Part shown: one piece after another, positions 39,561-48,430 of the stretch
Layout: the number at the start of each line of letters is the position of its first letter
Numbering within the stretch: the stretch's first letter is position 1
Virus record (IMG/VR): IMGVR_UViG_3300013014_000020
Coordinates: 32,001-96,000 of that record
Reading direction: 5' to 3' (one strand)
DNA length: 64,000 bases
Origin: a virus
The notes under the pieces: generated by a model
The model's input: the letters and a program-made list of their open reading frames with translations, nothing else
The model's database searches: none
What the model was told of the DNA's origin: nothing
Position numbers and translations under genes: made by a program

Positions 39561-39928
39561 TAAGAATAGAAAATATAACACCAAGAAAAAATATTGTAAA
39601 ATACCAAACACATATTCCTATTGAAATACCAAACGAAGTTGTGGTACCAGAAGTTACTGATAAAATCATTTCAGACTCAATTTATAAAATAGGTAAAGAA
39701 TCTTTATTAATTGTAAAAGACGTTGAGCAATCTGAAGTTACTTTAAATTCCGAAACAAGTTCTAAAATCACAATAAAATCTTTGTCTAGCGTTATAGTAA
39801 AGACTGATGTTGGTCAAATTGATGAAGAGTGGGACGAACTCCTTTTAGAAAAAGGAGCTTGTGTTCGATTTAAATTTGTTGATGGTAACTGGTATATCTT
39901 ATCAAGTGACGGCTTAAAGATTAGTTAG
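39557..39928 (+). CDS. Hypothetical beta-rich structural protein
   Basis: Overlaps the gp13-like stop (ATGA); C-terminal FVDGNWYILS. Confidence 0.6.
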   Translation: MIRIENITPRKNIVKYQTHIPIEIPNEVVVPEVTDKIISDSIYKIGKESLLIVKDVEQSEVTLNSETSSKITIKSLSSVIVKTDVGQIDEEWDELLLEKGACVRFKFVDGNWYILSSDGLKIS

Positions 39929-42858
39929 ATATAATCTTCCCACCCATCTTCAGCTAACTCGTAAATATAATTTGGGTCAACACCAACATTTTCCCAAAAT
40001 ATAACTTCACCCTTTTCCATATCAATTAGGTCTTTTTGTATATCATCCTGATCCTTTTCTTCAAACGGAACACCATTAATTAATATACATTGGTCTTTTG
40101 TAAAGAACGGTCTATCTTCTGGGTTTTTAACTAAAAGCCCATCTCTTACTTCTTCTTTAAAAACAACAAGTAATGGCTCTACTCGTTTATTAAAAGTTGC
40201 AATTGCTCTTTGGATATTATACTCACCGGTTAAACCTGGGTTACTTTCTAATTCTTGGGGGTTAATTCTGTAACAATTAAGTTGTATTACAGATTCTGTA
40301 CTAGCAAGTTTATATGCAACATCGGTTGGTACACCGGTATTAGCTTCTTTATTTTTAGAATTACTACGTACCCAGTTATCGTCTGACCAAGACTTTTCCC
40401 AACCATTCTCAAGTAGAAACTTTTCTTTTTCTTTATACGAACCTTTAAATACTGTAGAGTCGGAGAAAAATAATTTTACTTGTTCGTCATTCCATCCGGC
40501 TTTTGGTCTATTAACTTTTTGTACATCTCCGTGTGATGCTTTTGTTCCATTATTAACATAATAAATAACATCACCAAGATTAACATTTAAACCCTCATTA
40601 ATCGCAAGTTCCATATGGGCTTGTCTTGACATTAAAGCACCTGCTTTTGTTTTGGTTTTACTTCTTTTAATGTAATCATCAATTGATTGTTTAATCTTTG
40701 CTTTACTTGCAATGTCCATTAAAGGAATTTTTTGATCAAATATTCTTTGTACATATTCGTAGTACCACTCAACAAACCCTTGACCATCACCATTAAGTAA
40801 TAATTTAACACCTTTGTCTAAAAATAACTCAATATACTTTGGCATCTTTTTAGATTTAATACTATTACCTGTAAGTTTAACTTTTCCGTTGTGTTCTAAT
40901 GTTGCATAGTTTTTACGTGCTAGGTTAATACAAGAATCCCAAGTACCGTCACAATCAAGTCCCATTGTACCACGCATAAACCGGTCGTTAAATTCGGCCA
41001 CATCAGCATCATAACCAGTATACTCTTTTCCTTCTTTCACTAACCAATTTAATCCACGACCAACATACTTCCTATCATCAACACCACCATCTGGCAACGA
41101 AAAGTTCATACCGTCCGTATCACATACAAGTGGGGTGTAACCTCGTTTCACAAAGAATTTTAACATTTGTCTTAAATATTGACGACCGGTACAAGTGATT
41201 TTTTCTCCCATATCCATATCGCCCCAGGGAAATACTTGTGGAGCCGAAAGAGCACCAAATAATGAGTTAATAAAAATCTTAATCGGTAACTGTTTTGTAT
41301 CAAATGATTTGGCCTTCTTTTTATCTATTGATTTATACTCTGATGCCAAGTTCTTATACATAATACGACTATCCCTAAAATAAGATAATAACCCTTTCAT
41401 TACACCTGTAATATCTGATTCCGGAAACACATCGTGTGTTAATTGGATTGAAGGATAAAGTGATGAGTAATCAAGTTTTAATACGTTCCTTGAAAATCCT
41501 GTTTTAAGTAAACGTGATAACCCACCAACAAAGTTTCTTTTTTCTTTTTTTGCTGGAATTGCAAGTCCATTCTTATAGGACCAAGCAAGCATTACAAGTT
41601 TCCAGATTGTTGCGGTCCCCATTGTTGATACTCTTTCATAAGTTGTTGGAAGAAGTGATGCAAGAAGAAAAGATCCCTGGTTAAACTCTTCGTCAACAAG
41701 TAATGTTTCTTCTAAGTCATCGTCAAGGTAACGCTCCACAATATCATCACCAGTTGTTTGAATATAAATGTCAGTTCTTCTTTCACATACCTCATCAATT
41801 TTTTCACTGACACCAACTTTCTTATATTTACCATTTTCTATATTTAACCAGTATAAGTTTTTTTCCTTATACAAAGAACCAATTTTATCGTGGTCAATAT
41901 AAACCCGGTCGGCCGCTTCACCGTCAATAAATTTTGTAATATATTTAAGACCGGCCTCTTTAATGGATGAATTAATTGCTTGAGCCCTACGAACTGAATG
42001 GATAATATCAATAATGTTATAACCCCACATTTGAGTTTGAGTGAATTTCTCAACCTCATTACCAAGTTTTAACATAGAATCTTTTTGTGTTATTGATCTT
42101 TCTCCGTGAAGAGACTTGGCAATCTTTTTAATGTCAAGGTGTAACATTTTACATCTTTCATAAATCCAAAACCAGTCAAAGTTTGCCGAGTTATAACCTG
42201 AAATGATTGAGGGTTTTATTTCGTCTATAATTTTAAAAAATTCTACAAGACCTCGTCTTTCTTCATCTTCATTTGAACACTCAATTACTTTTTTGTAACC
42301 TGTATTTGTTTTAATCCCAATCATAAAGATACGACCATCCTTTGGTTCTAAAGAGGTCGTCTCAAGGTCAAATACAAGTCTTGTAATATCATTGTATTCA
42401 TCAAATCCTTTAAATAATCTTTTTTCTTTTGATATTAAAAATTGTTCCGTTGGGGTTAGCATTAGAAATTTATCTTTTGCTTTTTCACCCCAAGGGTCTA
42501 TTCCGCCGTCTTTAAAAAATTGTGATAGAGCTCTATACCCTTTTAGTGATTTAACAAGAAACGTTAAACCATTTTCCAATTGCTCATTACCATCGGTTCT
42601 TAATTTCTCAATTACGATACCGTATTTAGACATTGCTTCTTTTTGTAACGCCTTGGATCCTTGATAAAAATTAAGACCACGTAAGTCACCGACCCATGCA
42701 AATGCAATTAGACTATCTCTAACGATTGATTTTCCTTTTCCTGGTACTTCTTTGATTTTATAAATGTGGTCTTTTTGATAGTCAAATTCTATCGCCACAA
42801 TGTGTTCATCTGGATCATTCCCTTCCAGAAAGGATTTAATTTCCTCTGCTGTAATCAT
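39925..42858 (-). CDS. DNA polymerase, family B
   Basis: ExoI FDLETT, ExoII GYNSANFD, motif A LDYSSLYPS, motif B KIFINSLFG, motif C DTDG, and KNYA. Confidence 0.95.
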   Translation of the reverse strand: MITAEEIKSFLEGNDPDEHIVAIEFDYQKDHIYKIKEVPGKGKSIVRDSLIAFAWVGDLRGLNFYQGSKALQKEAMSKYGIVIEKLRTDGNEQLENGLTFLVKSLKGYRALSQFFKDGGIDPWGEKAKDKFLMLTPTEQFLISKEKRLFKGFDEYNDITRLVFDLETTSLEPKDGRIFMIGIKTNTGYKKVIECSNEDEERRGLVEFFKIIDEIKPSIISGYNSANFDWFWIYERCKMLHLDIKKIAKSLHGERSITQKDSMLKLGNEVEKFTQTQMWGYNIIDIIHSVRRAQAINSSIKEAGLKYITKFIDGEAADRVYIDHDKIGSLYKEKNLYWLNIENGKYKKVGVSEKIDEVCERRTDIYIQTTGDDIVERYLDDDLEETLLVDEEFNQGSFLLASLLPTTYERVSTMGTATIWKLVMLAWSYKNGLAIPAKKEKRNFVGGLSRLLKTGFSRNVLKLDYSSLYPSIQLTHDVFPESDITGVMKGLLSYFRDSRIMYKNLASEYKSIDKKKAKSFDTKQLPIKIFINSLFGALSAPQVFPWGDMDMGEKITCTGRQYLRQMLKFFVKRGYTPLVCDTDGMNFSLPDGGVDDRKYVGRGLNWLVKEGKEYTGYDADVAEFNDRFMRGTMGLDCDGTWDSCINLARKNYATLEHNGKVKLTGNSIKSKKMPKYIELFLDKGVKLLLNGDGQGFVEWYYEYVQRIFDQKIPLMDIASKAKIKQSIDDYIKRSKTKTKAGALMSRQAHMELAINEGLNVNLGDVIYYVNNGTKASHGDVQKVNRPKAGWNDEQVKLFFSDSTVFKGSYKEKEKFLLENGWEKSWSDDNWVRSNSKNKEANTGVPTDVAYKLASTESVIQLNCYRINPQELESNPGLTGEYNIQRAIATFNKRVEPLLVVFKEEVRDGLLVKNPEDRPFFTKDQCILINGVPFEEKDQDDIQKDLIDMEKGEVIFWENVGVDPNYIYELAEDGWEDYI

Positions 42859-42921
42859 AAATATATTTTTTTGAGCGGTTTATTTGCTTTCGTAGTTTAC
42901 GAAATTTACCTTACCTCAATA

Positions 42922-42950
42922 AATATATTGATTTAACCAACTAATGTCAA
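42922..42950 (-). promoter_or_regulatory. Sigma70-type promoter of the DNA polymerase gene
   Basis: Minus strand TTGACA-17 nt-TATATT. Confidence 0.75.
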
Positions 42951-42952
42951 AT

Positions 42953-42986
42953 AAAAAACCCTCCTTTATTTTGGGGGGAGGGTTTT
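42953..42986 (-). terminator. Rho-independent terminator ending the fibre operon
   Basis: Minus strand AAAACCCTCC-loop-GGAGGGTTTTTT. Confidence 0.75.
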
Positions 42987-42992
42987 AATTTA

Positions 42993-43175
42993 TTAATTTA
43001 ATAATAATGTGTGTAATTCTTCTTCGGTCCAAGTTTCTTTAAATGCAACTTCTTTAAGGATTGGTCCTTGTTCAGTTCTAAATCTAATTCCTCTTGGTAC
43101 TTGCCTAATTGCAATTACCTTGTGTTCACCAATTGTTTTTGGTTCTTCATACTTAAATAATAATTTAATTTCCAT
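42993..43175 (-). CDS. Hypothetical protein
   Basis: 60-aa ORF just downstream of the Gly-rich fibre gene. Confidence 0.55.
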   Translation of the reverse strand: MEIKLLFKYEEPKTIGEHKVIAIRQVPRGIRFRTEQGPILKEVAFKETWTEEELHTLLLN

Positions 43176-43195
43176 TTTTATTTTTGATTTATTGT

Positions 43196-45091
43196 TTATA
43201 CAATATTTAACACACCACCATTATTCCAAACTGTTCCTGAAGCAAGGCCTGCTGAACTTGTTGGTAAATTACTCAAATGTAGACAGTTCATATGTGCCGT
43301 ATTTGCCGCTGTTGTTGTAATACCATTACCAATAATAAAAGAACAATCGTGCGATACTGTATTTCCGGACCCACCAAGAATACCAGAGTGAGAATTTGTT
43401 ATAGTGTTTTGAATACCACCAACAACAAGTGAATAACATCCACTTGATACGTTACAAGCGCCACCACCAATAAACGAACAACCACAATTTGTCATATTAC
43501 CAAAACCACCACCTATTGTTGAGTAAACTCCACTACTAGTGTTGGTTCCACCACCACCTATTGTTGATCTATCACCAAAAGCACGATTAAAATAACCACC
43601 ACTAACAGTTGATGTATCACCACTTGATGTGTTTTGACAACCACCACCAATTACAGAATAATCACCTAATGCTAGGTTACCGTTAGTACCGGATGATGAA
43701 CCACCACCACCAACTGTTGAGTAATTACCGCTTGCGGTATTACAACGACCACCAAGAATTGATGACGCAAAACCTATTGAGGTGTTACAAGTACCACCAA
43801 CAACAACTGATTCGGGCGAATCCGTAACATTACACCCACCACCACCAATAAATGATGCGGGTCCGTTTGCTGTGTTTACATAACCACCACTTACTGTTGA
43901 TAAATAATTACTTGATGTGTTAAACGCACCTCCACCAATAAATGATGCGGGTCCGTTTGCTGTGTTTCCGTAACCACCACTTATAGTTGAACTTTCGCCG
44001 ATTGTTGTGTTTCCTAAACCACCACCAATAAAAGAAAATTCTGAAGTTACAACATCATCTAAATCAAAGGTTAAATTATTTGTTGGTGATGAACCACCAA
44101 TAGTATTACCAGAAACTAAAACTTGTTCTCCTTGTTCATATCTTACACCTGTATTTATGATTATAATGTTACTAACAACACCACTACTAACATCAAAACT
44201 AAATTGTAAGTTTGAACCATAACCAACTAAACTAGTTGGATTAACTGTATATGTGTTATCTGTGATTCCAGATAAACTACCAGAATTAAAACTAATTGAG
44301 GTTACAAAACCACCATAATTTGTATTTCCTAATCCACCTCCTATTGTTGAAAATTCACCTAGTATAACGTTTTCACATCCACCACCATTAAATGTGTAGT
44401 AATTTCCTGATGTGTTACACTCACCACCACTTATTGTTGCTCCGCCCGTTGCGCCACCACTTAATATTGTTGTATTAGAAAGCCCACCACCAATTGTATC
44501 AAATTGGTTTTCGGAAAGATTATTACGACCTCCACTTACGGTTGATTGATAACCAGATGATGTGTTAAACGCTCCACCACTTACGGTTGAGTAATAACCA
44601 CTTGATGTGTTACGATAACCACCACTTACGGTTGAATGATAACCACTTGATGTATTTCTACGTCCCCCACTTACTGTTGAATAACACGCACTTGATGTAT
44701 TTTCAAGACCACCTCCTACGGTTGAAGAATTACCACTTGATGTGTTATTAATACCTCCACTTACTGTTGAACCATAACAACTTGATGTGTTAAGATAACC
44801 ACCACTTACGGTTGAATGATAACCACTTGATGTATTTCTACGTCCCCCACTTACGGTTGAGTAATTACATCCGGCAGTATTTAAAAGTCCTCCACTTACC
44901 ACGGAGTAATCACCAATTGCTGAACCACTTACATTTACTAATTGTACGGAACTACTTCCAGAACCAACTTCATATAGTTGTGTTGATCCAGTAATATTTG
45001 ATGTCCCCGTAACAATTAAATTCCCATTAATTGTTATATCACCACCTATGGTTTGTCCCGATAAGTTATTTACTATGTATTTTATTGCCAT
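43196..45091 (-). CDS. Gly/Ser-rich repeat fibre or adhesin-like protein (beta-solenoid)
   Basis: Many 15-aa repeats S(T/F)(V/I)(S/G)GGxxNTSSGxx; C-terminal LPTSSAGLASGTVWNNGGVLNIV. Confidence 0.75.
   Translation of the reverse strand: MAIKYIVNNLSGQTIGGDITINGNLIVTGTSNITGSTQLYEVGSGSSSVQLVNVSGSAIGDYSVVSGGLLNTAGCNYSTVSGGRRNTSSGYHSTVSGGYLNTSSCYGSTVSGGINNTSSGNSSTVGGGLENTSSACYSTVSGGRRNTSSGYHSTVSGGYRNTSSGYYSTVSGGAFNTSSGYQSTVSGGRNNLSENQFDTIGGGLSNTTILSGGATGGATISGGECNTSGNYYTFNGGGCENVILGEFSTIGGGLGNTNYGGFVTSISFNSGSLSGITDNTYTVNPTSLVGYGSNLQFSFDVSSGVVSNIIIINTGVRYEQGEQVLVSGNTIGGSSPTNNLTFDLDDVVTSEFSFIGGGLGNTTIGESSTISGGYGNTANGPASFIGGGAFNTSSNYLSTVSGGYVNTANGPASFIGGGGCNVTDSPESVVVGGTCNTSIGFASSILGGRCNTASGNYSTVGGGGSSSGTNGNLALGDYSVIGGGCQNTSSGDTSTVSGGYFNRAFGDRSTIGGGGTNTSSGVYSTIGGGFGNMTNCGCSFIGGGACNVSSGCYSLVVGGIQNTITNSHSGILGGSGNTVSHDCSFIIGNGITTTAANTAHMNCLHLSNLPTSSAGLASGTVWNNGGVLNIV
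44530..44915. repeat. 45-nt-unit tandem coding repeats
   Basis: Near-identical blocks ending at about 44674 and 44854, offset by 180 nt (4 units). Confidence 0.85.
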
Positions 45092-45112
45092 TTTATCTTT
45101 TTAATAAATAGT

Positions 45113-45739
45113 TTATTTTTGAAAAAATTTCTCAATTCTTTTACTTAATCTAACTCTTGGGTCATTTATTGTTCTACCAACATCTTCATATTTTAACACA
45201 AACCCAAAACTTAAAAAAACTCTTCTTGAATTGAATTCATTTGTCCAATGTTTATACAGAGAAGCTTCAAACCCATATAAATCAGATTCTTGTATTTTAA
45301 CCGACTCTTTATCCACATAAAAATCATAATCTTCTGACAACACACTGATGTTACATTTATAATTAACATACCCATCTATTGATGCGTCATAGTGAGGATT
45401 TATTTTTCCTCCTTTATTCATATCAACGGATTGTAAAAAAACATTATCTTTTGGAAAATTAAACTCTTCTGTTATCCTATCTATTATTTTATAAATAAAA
45501 TTAGGTAATGGTTCTTTTGAAACATCTGAAATTGATTGAAATTTTGTAATGTAACTAGTTAAAGGAGTGTTAGAAATATCAAACATATAAGATTTACCAT
45601 TTAATGATTTGGATAACTCTGTAAGGTGATGATTACTATCATTCCCGGTATGGTTAATAGATTCAATCCAATTAACTATCTGATTTGACTCATCATTTGT
45701 GATGAATTTTTTTATTATTTTATAATTTTCAGATTCCAT
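45113..45739 (-). CDS. 2OG-Fe(II) oxygenase (hydroxylase-like)
   Basis: GGKINPHYDAS (HxD), YKHW (distal His), RVFLSFG (2OG-binding Arg). Confidence 0.8.
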   Translation of the reverse strand: MESENYKIIKKFITNDESNQIVNWIESINHTGNDSNHHLTELSKSLNGKSYMFDISNTPLTSYITKFQSISDVSKEPLPNFIYKIIDRITEEFNFPKDNVFLQSVDMNKGGKINPHYDASIDGYVNYKCNISVLSEDYDFYVDKESVKIQESDLYGFEASLYKHWTNEFNSRRVFLSFGFVLKYEDVGRTINDPRVRLSKRIEKFFQK

Positions 45740-45963
45740 TTATTAAGAAATTCTTTTGGACCAATTTCTAATTCCATAATAGATAAGTTTTTCTTAGCGT
45801 AAATAGAGTTCATTTTTTCCTCAGATCCTGCCATGGTACAAAACCAATGTGTTGCAGGTTCTTCACCTGTTGATGAACAAGGTATTTTCATAACATTTTT
45901 ATTTATCCAACCTTCTCTTACTTGTTCTACCTTATCGTTTTCAGTTAAAATATTTATTCTCAT
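45715..45963 (-). CDS. Hypothetical protein
   Basis: 82-aa ORF overlapping the oxygenase start. Confidence 0.6.
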   Translation of the reverse strand: MRINILTENDKVEQVREGWINKNVMKIPCSSTGEEPATHWFCTMAGSEEKMNSIYAKKNLSIMELEIGPKEFLNKWNLKIIK

Positions 45964-45989
45964 ATTTTTTATTTTTTAGTCATTTTAAT

Positions 45990-47273
45990 TTATGCTGGTG
46001 TTGTTGTTGTTCTTTCCCCATACGCAACTATACCCGATACTGTATTTACAATTGTAAACTTATAAATATACAATGTATTTCTAGCACCATTAGTCCATGA
46101 TTTAGTCCATATTTGAGGAACTCCATCTATTTTAAACCCTGTTATTTTCCAAGTATTTCCCGATATATCAGCATTTGACGCAATTATCTTTATAGATGTC
46201 GAACAACCATCAGGTAAATCAAAATTTGTTAAATTAACTATCCAATCCGATGTTGCATCAACCCCAAAATGAACAAATGTTGTTCCAATAGAACAATCAT
46301 AATTTACAGTACCAGATGGTGATGGTAAATTTGTTATCGCTCCTGTTATGTTTGGAGAATATATTGATCCTGTTATAGTTAATCTATCTGCATTTATAAA
46401 TTGAAAATAATCAATAGAGTTAGTATTAGTCCCCGTAAGAGATGAATTTGGTTTATCATAGATGGTATTAATAATTGAATAAATACCCGCAACGCTAATG
46501 GGTGCAACATTATTACCTGCCTGAACAAGAACTTGACTATTAAGCAAAGTTAAAGTTGTTGCGGAATTAGTAATAGTTATAGCATTTCCACCTAAAGCTG
46601 TTACAATACAATCAACTATAGCTAGATTACCCGCGCTAGCGGAAGGTGTAACAACACTATTACATCCTTTTACAATGACTTGTGCTGAAGCATTACTTAC
46701 GGATATACCAACATTTTTATTTCCGTTAATGATTATAGTACCCGAACCTGAAATTTGAATACCGGATATACATTGCATTTCCGAGTTAATAATCTCTACA
46801 TAACCACTAGAAGATTTAGTAACTTGAGTATCAACGGTACAGTTGCTTATATAAGCTTGAGCCGTTCCACTAATAACAAGGTTAGTCATCTTCAAACCCG
46901 AAATACGGGAGCCAGAACCTAATGTGCCGATAGTTAAAGTTCCATATAATAAAGTATTAGCACCTGTAAGTTCAGATGTTTGAATTGTAGTATTACCATC
47001 TGCTACAGTAATGTTTTCATTATAACCGCCTGGATGAACAATAATTGTTTTTCTATTACCAGCAACCAAAGTTAATGCCTTAGTAATAGTTGCAACGGGA
47101 TTAAGTAAACTGCCATCGCCTGTAGTGTCGTTTCCATCTATTTGACTTACGTGTATCTCATATTGAAAATTTGACGAAACATTATAATATGTTGTTGCCG
47201 ATATAGTATTCGTGGTTAAATCACCATTTATGGTTTGTCCCGATACGTTATTTACAATATATTTTGTTGCCAT
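45990..47273 (-). CDS. Fibre or spike-like protein with a pectin-lyase-like beta-helix
   Basis: IHVSQIDGNDTTGDGSLLNPVATITKAL..IIVHPGGYNE (beta-helix cap); N-terminus shared with 43196..45091. Confidence 0.65.
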   Translation of the reverse strand: MATKYIVNNVSGQTINGDLTTNTISATTYYNVSSNFQYEIHVSQIDGNDTTGDGSLLNPVATITKALTLVAGNRKTIIVHPGGYNENITVADGNTTIQTSELTGANTLLYGTLTIGTLGSGSRISGLKMTNLVISGTAQAYISNCTVDTQVTKSSSGYVEIINSEMQCISGIQISGSGTIIINGNKNVGISVSNASAQVIVKGCNSVVTPSASAGNLAIVDCIVTALGGNAITITNSATTLTLLNSQVLVQAGNNVAPISVAGIYSIINTIYDKPNSSLTGTNTNSIDYFQFINADRLTITGSIYSPNITGAITNLPSPSGTVNYDCSIGTTFVHFGVDATSDWIVNLTNFDLPDGCSTSIKIIASNADISGNTWKITGFKIDGVPQIWTKSWTNGARNTLYIYKFTIVNTVSGIVAYGERTTTTPA

Positions 47274-47291
47274 TTTATTTTTTTAATTTAT

Positions 47292-48368
47292 TTAGTCAAT
47301 TGGTAATCCGGACATATACCCAACAGTAATATCACTCCACCCTATACCAAATTCATGCTTCATAACTTTATCTACAACGACATATGATTCAAATTGTGTT
47401 GTACCGGTACTAACATCAGAATTAATAAAAATACCACTTAAAAAATATACATCATTTGTAGTGTTTCCGGTTACTTGACTTGGTAAATTTGCAATAATAT
47501 AATCATAAGCAGAATCCCTGATAGTTTCCGTGGCAAATATCATTTGTTTATTATAAACCTCTTCAGTAGTTCCTGTGAATCCACTTAAAGTAGATTTAAA
47601 TGGCCATAAAATATCGGTCAATTTCCAAAAAGAATAATTTTCATTATTAAAAGGTGCGTTATTTTGATTTGGAGGTGAACTTAGTTGATTTACAACTTGG
47701 TCAATTGCTCCCGCAACGGCACCACAGGTATTATCGGTTAAACTATTTGCCTTACCCCTTCTTAACATTCTACCTGAACGACCGTCTTCAGTAACACCAA
47801 TGTGTGGCGTACTTGTTACAAACAAGGTTCCACCAAGAGTTGTTGCTACGTGACTTGCAAATGCCCCAAATCCAACACTACCAACAAATGGATAACCTGC
47901 CAATCCACCGGACATAAACGGCCCTAAAAACGAATTAATACTGGTTGGCCATCCACCGATATTTCCGGGTAAATATGCTGCATCAACGTCATCAGAACAA
48001 ATACCTTCAGCTAAAACAATATCAGTTGATGGTATTCCTTCATTTGTAATATATTCTGTTGTGTATGTTCCCCATACTTCAGATAATACCGCTCCTGAGA
48101 ATGGTTGGTATCCTCCGTCAACAGTAACAGTTCTTACTGTTTGAGTATATGCACTCTGACCTTCTAACGGTGCTGGTACAATTATTTCGTATGTTCTATC
48201 ATATAATGGAACGTCTAATTCGTATGTTCCATAAGGATAACCCGAAATATTATTAAATGGTATTGTTTGAGTACCTAAGTCAACGGTTCCACCAGTTGTG
48301 GGTAAAAAAGTAACATTTGTCGTAAGTCCCGATAAATTTGTACTTGTTATTCTAATTCCTTGTATCAT
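47292..48368 (-). CDS. LCIB/LCIC-like (theta-class) carbonic anhydrase domain fused to an N-terminal surface-protein module
   Basis: GICSDDVD, FMSGGLAGYPFVGSVGFGAFASHV, PHIGVTEDGRSGRMLRRG, TCGAVAGA and SGIFIN match the LCIB_C_CA pattern with Cys/His/Cys Zn ligands. Confidence 0.85.
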   Translation of the reverse strand: MIQGIRITSTNLSGLTTNVTFLPTTGGTVDLGTQTIPFNNISGYPYGTYELDVPLYDRTYEIIVPAPLEGQSAYTQTVRTVTVDGGYQPFSGAVLSEVWGTYTTEYITNEGIPSTDIVLAEGICSDDVDAAYLPGNIGGWPTSINSFLGPFMSGGLAGYPFVGSVGFGAFASHVATTLGGTLFVTSTPHIGVTEDGRSGRMLRRGKANSLTDNTCGAVAGAIDQVVNQLSSPPNQNNAPFNNENYSFWKLTDILWPFKSTLSGFTGTTEEVYNKQMIFATETIRDSAYDYIIANLPSQVTGNTTNDVYFLSGIFINSDVSTGTTQFESYVVVDKVMKHEFGIGWSDITVGYMSGLPID

Positions 48369-48430
48369 TTTTTTTGTTTTTTTTGTTTTTTTTGTTTATT
48401 TTTTATAATAAATATTGTGTTATTTATTTT

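Noticed and set aside
43400-44915. Regular 45-nt repeats resembling a CRISPR array
   Set aside because: They are in-frame coding repeats with synonymous variation, with no unique spacers and no cas genes.
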